The notes under the pieces are model-generated. The model saw only the letters and a list, made by a program, of their open reading frames with translations. It was not told where the DNA came from and did not search any database. The translations under genes and the position numbers were made by a program. Below are positions 16,645 through 27,615 of a stretch of DNA of 32,000 nt, one piece after another. The DNA comes from Mycolicibacterium smegmatis (GTDB lineage: Bacteria; Actinomycetota; Actinomycetes; Mycobacteriales; Mycobacteriaceae): the NCBI RefSeq assembly GCF_001457595.1, contig NZ_LN831039.1, forward strand, positions 1,590,001-1,622,000, given 5' to 3'. The first letter of the stretch is position 1. Each line of letters opens with the position of its first letter.

Positions 16645-17860
16645 GCCCGCCGACGAACGTCGTCGCGGAAAGCTCTGGTTCACCGGCCAATTCGATCGAA
16701 TCCAGGCGCGGCAGCAATTCGCTGAACAAACTGTTCATCTCCATGCGGGCCAGGGCCGCGCCCAGGCAGAAGTGCACGCCGTACCCGAACGCGAGGTGCT
16801 TGTTGGGATCACGGCCGACGTCGAAGCGGAACGGGTCGGTGAAAACCTCTTCGTCGCGGTTGCCGGAAACGTATGCCAGGTAGACGGATTCGCCCTTGGC
16901 GATCGGCACACCGCGCACCTCGGTGTCCTCGGCGGCCGTGCGCATGAACTCCTTGACCGGTGTGGACCACCGGATCATCTCCTCGACCGCGGTGCCCATG
17001 AGGCCCGGATCGGCCTTGAGTCGCGCGAGTTCACCCGGGTTCTCGATCAGGGCGTGCAGACCGCCCGAGATCGCGTCCTTGGTGGTGTCGTGGCCCGCGC
17101 TCGCGACTATGACGTAGTAGGACAACGTGTCCATGTCCGACATCAGTTCACCATCGACGCGACCGTTGGCGATGGCCGACGCCAGGTCATCGGTCGGGTT
17201 CTCACGTCGCGAATTGGTCAGGGCCGAGAAGTAATTGAAGAAGTCGGTGAGTACCGCCATCTGTTCTTCGACCGTGGTCCCGCGCTTGTACTCGTCGTCG
17301 TCGCCGCCGAACATCTCCTGGGTCAGCATGTGCATGCGCCCGAAATCCTCCTCGGGCAGGCCGAGCAGCGACAGGATCACGTACAGCGGGAAGTTCACCG
17401 CGATGTCGGTGACGAAGTCGCACTCCGGGCCGATCTCGCGCATCTTGTCGACGTAGATCCTGGCCAGTTCGTCCACGCGAACCTTCAACTCGCGCATGGC
17501 CTTCGGGCGGAACCAGTCGGCGCCGATGGCGCGCACCTTCCGATGGTGCGGGTCGTCCATGTGGATCAGCGTGCGCAGCCCGATGCCCATCTCCTGCTGC
17601 GACCGGCCCAGGTCGTCGGCCTCAGCGGTCGCCAGAAGCGGCCGGGGAGCCGACAGCCACAGATCGTTGGCGCGTTCGATCGCCATGATGTCGGCGTGCT
17701 TGGTGATCGCCCAGAACGGGCGATACGGCGCCTGGTCCACCCACGCCACCGGGTTCTCGGCCCGCAGCCGGGCCAAGGCCTCGTGCAGCCTTGCGTCGTC
17801 GGCATAAGCGGTCGGGTCGGCCAACGCCTTGGCGGCGTCATCCATGGTCGGCGTGCTCAT
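16610..17860 (-). CDS. Cytochrome P450 (tandem copy 1)
   Basis: SYYVIVASAGHDTTKDAISGG (I-helix AGxDTT), EEMIRWSTPVKEFMRTA, FGYGVHFCLGAALARMEM (heme-binding Cys loop). ATG 17860 (MSTPTMDDAAKALADP...). Confidence 0.95.
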   Translation of the reverse strand: MSTPTMDDAAKALADPTAYADDARLHEALARLRAENPVAWVDQAPYRPFWAITKHADIMAIERANDLWLSAPRPLLATAEADDLGRSQQEMGIGLRTLIHMDDPHHRKVRAIGADWFRPKAMRELKVRVDELARIYVDKMREIGPECDFVTDIAVNFPLYVILSLLGLPEEDFGRMHMLTQEMFGGDDDEYKRGTTVEEQMAVLTDFFNYFSALTNSRRENPTDDLASAIANGRVDGELMSDMDTLSYYVIVASAGHDTTKDAISGGLHALIENPGELARLKADPGLMGTAVEEMIRWSTPVKEFMRTAAEDTEVRGVPIAKGESVYLAYVSGNRDEEVFTDPFRFDVGRDPNKHLAFGYGVHFCLGAALARMEMNSLFSELLPRLDSIELAGEPELSATTFVGGLKHLPIRYSVR

Positions 17861-17883
17861 TCGGCTCCTCACACAACACTGCG

Positions 17884-17923
17884 CTTGACGGGTGTCAAGC
17901 GCAGTGTATGTGATCGGGCTTAC
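17884..17923. promoter_or_regulatory. Shared P450 promoter/operator element, copy 1, overlapping a 14-bp-arm palindrome at 17876-17907
   Basis: Minus strand GTAAGCCCGATCACATACACTGCGCTTGACACCCGTCAAG; 37/40 identical to the element upstream of the second P450. Confidence 0.7.
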
Positions 17924-17963
17924 GGTTCTCTGAGATTTGAGACCCGGGCCACGCGCAACGGTG

Positions 17964-19214
17964 TCAGCGCACCGAGTACCGGATCGGCAGGTGCTTGAGG
18001 CCGCCGACGAACGTCGTCGCCATGAACTCCGGGTCGCCGGCCAGTTCGATGGACTCCAGCCGGGGGATGAGCTCGGTGAAGAAGCTGTTGATCTCCATCC
18101 TGGCGAGTGCCGCGCCCAGGCAGAAGTGCACGCCGTAGCCGAATGACAGGTGCTTGTTGGGGTCGCGGCCCACGTCGAATTTGTCCGCGTTCTCGAAGAT
18201 TTCCTCGTCACGGTTGGCCGAGACGTACGACAGCAGGACCGACTCGCCCTCCTTGATCGGCACGCCGCGCACCTCGGTGTCGCGCGTGGCGGTGCGCATG
18301 AACTCCTTGACCGGGGCGGACCAACGGATGATCTCCTCGGTCGCCAGCGGCATAAGGCTCATGTCGGCCTTGAGACGCGCGAGCTGATCCTGATTCTCGG
18401 TCAGGGCCAGCAGGCCGCCGGAGATGGCCGCGCTGGTGGTGTCGTGTCCGGCGCTGGCGACGATCACGTAGTAGGACAGGCAGTCGACGTCGTTGAGGTA
18501 CTCGCCGTTGAGCTTGGCGTTGGCGATCGCCGATGCCAGATCCTCGGTCGGGTTGGCGCGGCGATCGGCGGTGAGCTCGGTGAAGTAGTTGAAGAAGTCC
18601 AGGATGACCGCGTTGAGCTCCTCGGCGCTGCTGCCGCGGCCCATCTCGTCGTCGTCGTTGCCGAACAGCTCCTGGGTGAGCTTGAGCATCCGGTCGAAAT
18701 CCGATTCGGGCAGGCCGAGCAGCGACAGGATCACGTACAGCGGATAGTTGACCGCGACCTCCTGGACGAAGTCGCACTCCGGACCCTTCTCCACCAGCTT
18801 GTCGACGTAGATCTTGGCGAGCTCGTCCACGCGTTCCTTCAGCGCCCGCATCGCCTTCGGGCGGAACCAGTCGGCGCCGATCTTGCGGATGTCGCGGTGC
18901 AGCGGGTCGTCCATGTGGATCAGGGTGCGGATGCCGCCGCCCGCGGCGAGGTTGGCCTTGGCCAGATCGTCCTTCTCCTTGGTGATCAGCATGGGCCGCG
19001 GGGCGTTGATGAACAGCTCGTTGTCGCGCTCGATCGCCATCACGTCGGCGTGCTTGGTGATTGCCCAGAAGGGGTAGTAGCCGGGCACGTCGACGTAGGC
19101 AACGGGGGTCTGCGAGCGCAGCTCGGCGAGCGCGGCATGCAGCCGCGGTTCGTCGGCATACGCTCTCGGCTCGGCCAGCACTCGGGCAGCGTCGTTGATA
19201 ACCGGGGTGCTCAT
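17964..19214 (-). CDS. Cytochrome P450 (tandem copy 2, paralog of copy 1)
   Basis: SYYVIVASAGHDTTSAAISGG, EEIIRWSAPVKEFMRTA, FGYGVHFCLGAALARMEI. ATG 19214 (MSTPVINDAARVLAEP...). Extensive identity to the neighbouring P450, including identical C-terminus FVGGLKHLPIRYSVR. Confidence 0.95.
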   Translation of the reverse strand: MSTPVINDAARVLAEPRAYADEPRLHAALAELRSQTPVAYVDVPGYYPFWAITKHADVMAIERDNELFINAPRPMLITKEKDDLAKANLAAGGGIRTLIHMDDPLHRDIRKIGADWFRPKAMRALKERVDELAKIYVDKLVEKGPECDFVQEVAVNYPLYVILSLLGLPESDFDRMLKLTQELFGNDDDEMGRGSSAEELNAVILDFFNYFTELTADRRANPTEDLASAIANAKLNGEYLNDVDCLSYYVIVASAGHDTTSAAISGGLLALTENQDQLARLKADMSLMPLATEEIIRWSAPVKEFMRTATRDTEVRGVPIKEGESVLLSYVSANRDEEIFENADKFDVGRDPNKHLSFGYGVHFCLGAALARMEINSFFTELIPRLESIELAGDPEFMATTFVGGLKHLPIRYSVR

Positions 19215-19238
19215 ATCTGGAACCTCACTCGGGCTGAA

Positions 19239-19278
19239 CTTGACGGGTGTCAAGAACACTGTATGTGATCGGGCTTAC
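19239..19278. promoter_or_regulatory. Shared P450 promoter/operator element, copy 2
   Basis: Minus strand GTAAGCCCGATCACATACAGTGTTCTTGACACCCGTCAAG; contains CTTGAC-N4-GTCAAG and a TANNNT (TACAGT) -10-like hexamer. Confidence 0.7.
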
Positions 19279-19354
19279 ATATGCGTAAGCAAGCTCCGGC
19301 CGCGCCGTCACGCGATCACCCGTGAGCCGTGCCCCGGCCCAGTAGGCTCAGCGC

Positions 19355-20941
19355 ATGCGGCGGGCCCGGCAGGTGAGCGCGCTGCTGTTCGGGCTTGTCA
19401 TCGTGCTGAACGCAGCCGTGGTCGGGTGCCGCGCCGCCGAGGCGCCGGTGGCGACCGACCCGGTCGTCGTGCACACGGCATCGGGAACCGTCCGCGGCCT
19501 GGTCGCCGAGGGGCATCGGCTGTTCGCGGGCATCCCATACGCGGCGCCCCCGGTCGGGTCGCTGCGCTTCGCCGCGCCCGAACCCGCCGCGAGCTGGCCC
19601 GGCGAACGCGACGCGACCCGGCCGGGGCCGCGTTGTGTCCAGGACCCCGACGCCGATCTGGAGCACGGCGACAACTCCGGCGAAGACTGCCTGACGCTCA
19701 ATGTGTGGACCCCTCCGGTGGGCAAGGACCTGCGACCGGTCATGGTGTGGATCCACGGCGGTGGATTCGTCAACGGCAGCAGCGACGTCTACGACGCCTC
19801 CCGGCTCGCGGCGCGCGGTGACATCGTCGTCGTCACCGTCAACTACCGGCTCGGCACCCTCGGGTTCCTTGCCCACCCGGCGCTCGGGCCGGCTGGCGAG
19901 GTCGGCAACTACGGCATCGCCGACCAGCAGGCGGCGCTGCGGTGGGTGCGCGACAACATCGCCGCGTTCGGCGGCGACCCGCAGCGGGTCACGCTCGCGG
20001 GCGAGTCGGCGGGCGGGACATCGGTGTGCGACCACCTGGTCGCGCCGGGATCGGCGGGGTTGTTCGACGCGGTGGTCCTGATGAGTGCGCCGTGTCAGGT
20101 TCAGGCCGATCTGCCCACCGCCGAGCAGCGCAGCGTCGCCTACGCGGCCGAGGCCGGCTGTCCCGACCCGGCGAGCGCGGGCGACTGCCTGCGCGCGCTT
20201 CCTGTGGATCGACTGCGAAAACCGGTGTGGTACTTCAACATCGGCAGCGACCAGATGACGACACCGGTCACCGGGACCGCGATGCTGCCACGCGCGCCGC
20301 TGGGGTCGCTCGGTGAAGCGCCCGATGTGCCGGTGCTGATCGGCACCACCCGCGACGAGTTCACGCTGTTCGTCGCGTTGCGCTACCTGCGCCAGGACCA
20401 GCGGTTCACACCCGAGGAATACCCCGAACTGCTGCGGCAGACGTTCGGCGCCGACGCCGACGCGGTCGGCGCCCACTATCCACTGGAGCGCTACGGCGGT
20501 GCGGCGCAAGCATATTCGGCCGCAGTCACCGACAGCGCATTCTCGTGCGTCGCCGAGCAGATGGCCGATGAGCTACCCGGCACGGTGTACGCCTACGAGT
20601 TCGCCGACCGCGACGCGCCCGCGCCCGAGGTCATGCGGACCCTGCCGTTCCCGGTCGGCGCGAGCCACTCCCTGGAACTGCGGTATCTCTTCGACGTCGG
20701 CGGCGCCCCGCCGCTCAACCCCCGACAACAGGCGTTGGCAGATCAGATGATTGGATACTGGAGCCAGTTCGTGCGCACCGGCGATCCAGCGGCCGAGGAC
20801 CAACCCGAGTGGCCGGCCTACTCGGCCTCTGAATCGTCTGGTCGACAGTGGATGTCATTGCGGCCCGACGGCAGCCGGATGGCAAGCGATTTCGGAGAGG
20901 AACATCAATGCCCGTTCTGGGTGGGGCTGAAGGAGAAGTGA
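19355..20941 (+). CDS. Type B carboxylesterase/para-nitrobenzyl esterase-like, putative lipoprotein
   Basis: GTVRGLVAEGHRLFAGIPYAAPPVGSLRF, SGEDCLTLNVWTPP, VMVWIHGGGFVNGSS, RVTLAGESAGG (nucleophile elbow). N-terminus MRRARQVSALLFGLVIVLNAAVVGC has a lipobox-like VVGC. Confidence 0.93.
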   Translation: MRRARQVSALLFGLVIVLNAAVVGCRAAEAPVATDPVVVHTASGTVRGLVAEGHRLFAGIPYAAPPVGSLRFAAPEPAASWPGERDATRPGPRCVQDPDADLEHGDNSGEDCLTLNVWTPPVGKDLRPVMVWIHGGGFVNGSSDVYDASRLAARGDIVVVTVNYRLGTLGFLAHPALGPAGEVGNYGIADQQAALRWVRDNIAAFGGDPQRVTLAGESAGGTSVCDHLVAPGSAGLFDAVVLMSAPCQVQADLPTAEQRSVAYAAEAGCPDPASAGDCLRALPVDRLRKPVWYFNIGSDQMTTPVTGTAMLPRAPLGSLGEAPDVPVLIGTTRDEFTLFVALRYLRQDQRFTPEEYPELLRQTFGADADAVGAHYPLERYGGAAQAYSAAVTDSAFSCVAEQMADELPGTVYAYEFADRDAPAPEVMRTLPFPVGASHSLELRYLFDVGGAPPLNPRQQALADQMIGYWSQFVRTGDPAAEDQPEWPAYSASESSGRQWMSLRPDGSRMASDFGEEHQCPFWVGLKEK

Positions 20942-20942
20942 C

Positions 20943-21308
20943 GTGACGGCGCCGATCGGGACGCCGGATCCGCAGCGGTTCGCCGAAGCGTGGGTCGCGG
21001 CGTGGAACGCCCACGACGTCGAGGCCGTCCTCGCGCACTTTCACGACGACGTGCTGTTCAGCTCACCGGTGGCCACGCGCGTGCTGCCCGACAGCGGTGG
21101 CGTGGTACGCGGCAAGGACGCGCTGAGGTCGTACTGGACCACGGCCCTGGCCGGCATGCCCGACCTGCATTTCGAGGTCGTCGACGTCTACCGCGGCGTG
21201 AACACGCTGGTGATCCAGTACCGCAACCAGCGCGGTGGCCTGGTCAACGAGGTGCTGATCTTCGACGGCCACCTGGTGCGCGAGGGGCACGGAACGTATC
21301 TGGTGTAG
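20943..21308 (+). CDS. SnoaL/NTF2-like small protein (GTG start)
   Basis: DPQRFAEAWVAAWNAHDVEAVLAHFHDDVLFSSPVA...GVVRGKDALRSYWTTALAGMPDLHFEVVDVYRG; 1 nt downstream of the esterase stop. Confidence 0.82.
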   Translation: MTAPIGTPDPQRFAEAWVAAWNAHDVEAVLAHFHDDVLFSSPVATRVLPDSGGVVRGKDALRSYWTTALAGMPDLHFEVVDVYRGVNTLVIQYRNQRGGLVNEVLIFDGHLVREGHGTYLV

Positions 21309-21777
21309 CCGGGGTCACCCACGTCGTGATGTCGGCGTGCACCACCTCGACCCCACGGCGGTCGGTGACGCTGACCGGTACGACGACGTCGGCGCCTTCG
21401 GTGATCGAGGTGAAGTCAGGCGGGGTGAGGCGGGCCGTCGCACGCAACGACGTCGTGGCCTTCGCCAGATAGGAGACCGTCATGCCCTTGGGGATCCAGC
21501 GGTGGGTGCTCGGCACGGTCGCCTCCATGAGCATGCCCATCGCCATCTCGGCCGCATTGCACGACGCGATCGCGTGCACGGTGTGCAGGTGGTTGTGGAC
21601 GAGGAACCACTTGGGCACCGTGACCTCGGCACGGCCTGGTTCCATGTGGACCACGTGCGGCACGATCGACGCGAAATAGGGCACGCGCGCCACGGCCGCC
21701 GCGGAGAACAGGCGCGTCCCCAGCGGTATGCCCGCCAACCGCTGCCAGGCGCGGTAAGTGCTGGTGGAAAGTGTCAC
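21244..21777 (-). CDS. DUF4442/hotdog-fold (thioesterase-like) protein
   Basis: From GTG 21777: VTLSTSTYRAWQRLAGIPLGTRLFSAAAVARVPYFASIVPHVVHMEPGRAEVTVPKWFLVHNHLHTVHAIASCNAAEMAMGMLMEATVPSTHRWIPKGMTVSYLAKATTSLRATARL...; 3' end overlaps the convergent SnoaL-like gene by 65 bp. Confidence 0.78.
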   Translation of the reverse strand: MTLSTSTYRAWQRLAGIPLGTRLFSAAAVARVPYFASIVPHVVHMEPGRAEVTVPKWFLVHNHLHTVHAIASCNAAEMAMGMLMEATVPSTHRWIPKGMTVSYLAKATTSLRATARLTPPDFTSITEGADVVVPVSVTDRRGVEVVHADITTWVTPATPDTFRAPRAPGGRRRSAPR

Positions 21778-21903
21778 GGACGGAAATCTTCGTCGAGCGT
21801 GGGGGCTGTGTACGCTCGATGGGGATTTTGCGTGCACAAGGCCCACGCTCGGCCCCGGTCGGGGCATATCGGGGGGATTTGGAGCACGCGCGGATCTAAG
21901 GCA

Positions 21904-21909
21904 TACTGT
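21904..21909 (+). promoter_or_regulatory. Candidate -10 (TACTGT) for the S10 operon; implies a leader of about 275 nt
   Basis: TANNNT match in an otherwise GC-rich intergenic region, with a weak TTGGAG at 21879-21884 (spacer 19). Confidence 0.35.
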
Positions 21910-22125
21910 TCGGGTTGCCTTGCGCCGGGTACGCACCTGGCCGGGCATCCGACCCGCGTCCCCACGGACGCATCCGGTCCACCTTCGATCGTGACGAATT
22001 TTCGGCCCGATCGGAAAAGTGAGAGGGCGACACGCCCGACCGCGGGGACCGGTGAACCACAGACAGGTAAACAGCGGCGGCAAGCCTCGGCGCGTATGTG
22101 TGCCGGGCACCAGGCCCGACGGGTG

Positions 22126-22143
22126 GCAGTGAGTTCTCACTGC
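22126..22143 (+). promoter_or_regulatory. Hairpin in the rpsJ 5' leader
   Basis: GCAGTGAG-tt-CTCACTGC, perfect 8-bp arms, about 50 nt before the rpsJ start. Confidence 0.45.
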
Positions 22144-22192
22144 GCCTGATAAGGCCGGCCGATGTACGAAGTAGGAGCGAGGTAGGAGAAGC

Positions 22193-22498
22193 GTGGCGGG
22201 ACAGAAGATCCGCATCAGGCTCAAGGCCTACGACCATGAGGCCATTGATGCCTCTGCGCGCAAGATCGTCGAAACGGTCACCCGTACCGGCGCCAGTGTG
22301 GTGGGCCCTGTGCCGCTGCCGACCGAGAAGAACGTGTACTGCGTCATTCGGTCTCCGCACAAGTACAAGGACTCGCGGGAGCACTTCGAGATGCGCACGC
22401 ACAAGCGGTTGATCGACATTCTCGACCCGACGCCCAAGACCGTTGACGCTCTCATGCGCATCGATCTGCCGGCAAGCGTCGACGTCAACATCCAGTAG
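22193..22498 (+). CDS. rpsJ: 30S ribosomal protein S10
   Basis: [76 protein letters not shown]. Confidence 0.98.
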
Positions 22499-22512
22499 GA
22501 GACCCAGAACAA

Positions 22513-23166
22513 ATGGCTAGAAAAGGCATTTTGGGCACCAAGCTGGGCATGACGCAGGTGTTCGACGAGAACAACAAAGTCGTCCCGGTGACCGTCGTCA
22601 AGGCCGGTCCGAACGTGGTGACCCGTATCCGTACCACCGAGCGTGACGGCTACAGCGCCGTGCAGCTCGCCTACGGCGAGATCAGCCCCCGCAAGGTGAT
22701 CAAGCCCGTCGCGGGCCAGTTCGCCGCCGCGGGTGTGAACCCGCGCCGCCACGTCGCCGAGCTGCGTCTCGACGACGAGGCCGCTGTCGCCGAGTACGAG
22801 GTCGGCCAGGAACTGACCGCTGAGATCTTCAGCGACGGTGCCTACGTCGACGTGACCGGCACCAGCAAGGGCAAGGGCTTCGCCGGCACCATGAAGCGCC
22901 ACGGCTTCCGTGGCCAGGGCGCCGCGCACGGTGCCCAGGCCGTGCACCGCCGTCCCGGCTCCATCGGTGGCTGCGCCACCCCCGGCCGCGTGTTCAAGGG
23001 CACCCGCATGTCGGGCCGCATGGGCAACGACCGCGTGACGACCCAGAACCTGAAGGTGCACAAGGTCGACGCCGAGAACGGCGTGCTGTTGATCAAGGGC
23101 GCCATCCCCGGACGCAACGGTGGTCTGGTGGTTGTCCGCAGCGCAATCAAGCGAGGCGAGAAGTAA
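22513..23166 (+). CDS. rplC: 50S ribosomal protein L3
   Basis: [41 protein letters not shown]...GHRQGRG-type [37 protein letters not shown]. Confidence 0.98.
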
Positions 23167-23813
23167 TGACACTCAAAGTTGACGTGAAGACGCCGGCCGG
23201 CAAGACGGACGGTTCTGTCGAGCTGCCTGCCGAGCTGTTCGACGTCGAGCCCAACATCGCGCTGATGCACCAGGTGGTCACCGCGCAGTTGGCCGCGAAG
23301 CGTCAGGGCACGCACTCGACCAAGACCCGCGGCGAGGTCTCCGGCGGCGGCAAGAAGCCGTACCGCCAGAAGGGCACCGGCCGTGCGCGTCAGGGTTCGA
23401 CCCGTGCACCGCAGTTCACCGGCGGTGGCACCGTCCACGGCCCCAAGCCGCGCGACTACAGCCAGCGGACCCCGAAGAAGATGATCGCCGCCGCCCTGCG
23501 CGGTGCGCTGAGCGACCGGGCCCGCAACGACCGGATCCACGCGGTCACCGAACTCGTCGAGGGTCAGACCCCGTCGACCAAGAGCGCCAAGACGTTCCTG
23601 GGGACGCTGACGGAAAACAAGAAGGTGCTCGTCGTCATCGGTCGCACCGATGAGGTCGGCGCCAAGAGCGTGCGCAATTTGCCTGGCGTGCATGTGATCT
23701 CGCCCGATCAGCTGAACACCTACGACGTGCTCAACGCCGACGACGTGGTGTTCTCGGTCGAGGCGCTGAACGCCTACATCAGCGCGAACAGCAAAGAAGG
23801 AGCGTCGGTCTGA
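23166..23813 (+). CDS. rplD: 50S ribosomal protein L4
   Basis: [75 protein letters not shown]. Confidence 0.98.
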
Positions 23814-24115
23814 TGGCAACAATTACAGACCCCCGCGACATCATCCTGGCCCCGGTCATCTCGGAGAAGTCGTACGGGCTGATCGAGGACAACGTGTACA
23901 CGTTCGTGGTGCACCCGGATTCGAACAAGACGCAGATCAAGATCGCGATCGAGAAGATCTTCGACGTCAAGGTCGATTCGGTGAACACCGCCAACCGTCA
24001 GGGCAAGCGCAAGCGCACGCGCACCGGTTTCGGTAAGCGCAAGAGCACCAAGCGCGCCATCGTGAAGCTGGCCGCAGGCAGCAAGCCCATCGACCTGTTC
24101 GGAGCGCCGGCCTAG
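23813..24115 (+). CDS. rplW: 50S ribosomal protein L23
   Basis: [79 protein letters not shown]. Confidence 0.97.
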
Positions 24116-24139
24116 TCCGGCAGAGAGACCTAGAGAAAC

Positions 24140-24976
<837 letters not shown>

Positions 24977-24997
24977 GCCGCGGAAGGAGTAGCAGCG

Positions 24998-25275
24998 ATG
25001 CCTCGTAGTCTCAAGAAAGGTCCGTTCGTCGACGACCATCTCCTGAAGAAGGTCGACGTTCAGAACGAGAAGAACACCAAGCAGGTCATCAAGACCTGGT
25101 CGCGTCGGTCGACCATCATCCCGGACTTCATCGGACACACCTTCGCGGTGCACGACGGCCGCAAGCACGTCCCGGTGTTCGTCACCGAGGCGATGGTCGG
25201 GCACAAGCTCGGCGAGTTCGCCCCGACGCGCACGTTCAAGGGTCACATCAAGGACGACCGGAAGAGCAAGCGTCG

Positions 25276-25279
<4 letters not shown>
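24998..25279 (+). CDS. rpsS: 30S ribosomal protein S19
   Basis: [83 protein letters not shown]. Confidence 0.98.
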
Positions 25280-26564
<1,285 letters not shown>

Positions 26565-26566
26565 AC

Positions 26567-26983
26567 ATGCTGATTCCCCGCAAGGTCAAGCACCGCAAGC
26601 AGCATCACCCCGAGCAGCGTGGCATCGCCAGCGGCGGCACGTCGGTGAGCTTCGGTGACTACGGCATCCAGGCACTGGAGCACGCCTACATCACCAACCG
26701 GCAGATCGAGTCCGCTCGTATCGCCATCAACCGGCACATCAAGCGTGGCGGCAAGGTGTGGATCAACATCTTCCCGGACCGCCCGCTCACCAAGAAGCCC
26801 GCCGAGACCCGTATGGGCTCCGGTAAGGGTTCGCCGGAGTGGTGGGTCGCCAACGTCAAGCCCGGACGCGTGCTGTTCGAGCTGAGCTACCCCGATGAGA
26901 AGACCGCCCGGGACGCACTGACCCGCGCGATCCACAAGTTGCCGATCAAGGCACGCATCGTGACCCGAGAGGAGCAGTTCTGA
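26567..26983 (+). CDS. rplP: 50S ribosomal protein L16
   Basis: [101 protein letters not shown]. Confidence 0.98.
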
Positions 26984-27216
26984 TGGCAGTGGGAACTACG
27001 CCTGGTGAACTGCGCGAACTGACCGACGACGAGTTGAAGGACAAGCTGCGCGAGTCGAAGGAAGAGCTGTTCAACCTGCGCTTCCAGATGGCCACCGGTC
27101 AGCTGTCGAACAACCGTCGGCTGCGTACCGTGCGCCAGGAGATTGCACGGGTCTACACCGTGCTGCGTGAACGTGAATTGGGCCTGGCATCCGGGCCTGC
27201 TGGTGAGGAATCGTAA
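26983..27216 (+). CDS. rpmC: 50S ribosomal protein L29
   Basis: [67 protein letters not shown]. Confidence 0.96.
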
Positions 27217-27512
27217 TGGCAGATCAAAAAGGCCCTAAGTACACCCCGGCTGCCGAGAAGCCGCGCGGCCGTCGTAAGACCGCCATCGGCTACGTCGTCA
27301 GCGACAAGATGCAGAAGACCATCGTGGTCGAGCTGGAAGATCGTAAGAGCCACCCGCTCTACGGCAAGATCATCCGGACCACCAAGAAGGTCAAGGCCCA
27401 CGACGAGAACGGTGAAGCCGGTATCGGCGACCGCGTCTCGCTGATGGAGACCCGTCCGCTGTCGGCCACCAAGCGGTGGCGCCTGGTCGAGATCCTGGAG
27501 AAGGCCAAGTAG
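27216..27512 (+). CDS. rpsQ: 30S ribosomal protein S17
   Basis: [79 protein letters not shown]. Confidence 0.97.
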
Positions 27513-27536
27513 GCCGACTCCGGTCCGATCAGCGAC

Positions 27537-27590
27537 AAACACATACGCAGACCCCCACCCGCTCCGGCGGTGTCGGGGGTCTGTGTGTTT
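27537..27590 (+). terminator. Strong hairpin plus T-run after rpsQ, probable operon terminator
   Basis: AAACACA tacg CAGACCCCC ...loop... GGGGGTCTG TGTGTTT(T); inner 9-bp arms 27548-27556/27575-27583 perfectly complementary. Confidence 0.8.
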
Positions 27591-27615
27591 TGCGGCGTTC
27601 GCGCAGGAGGTGGGG

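Noticed and set aside
17861-18211. N-terminal extension of P450 copy 1 (ORF start 18211)
   Set aside because: Extends through the P450 copy 2 3' end and the palindromic element; ATG 17860 aligns with the paralog's start (MSTP...).
18150-19268. 372-aa plus-strand ORF (and 16562..17998) antisense to the P450s
   Set aside because: The two antisense frames resemble each other only because the P450s are paralogous; no protein motif or promoter support.
19316-20509. 397-aa minus-strand ORF opposite the esterase
   Set aside because: Shadow frame of a gene with clear carboxylesterase motifs.
21778-22224. Extended start of the DUF4442-like ORF at 22224 (326 aa)
   Set aside because: Runs through the S10 leader and rpsJ start region; the first hotdog-like sequence begins at GTG 21777.
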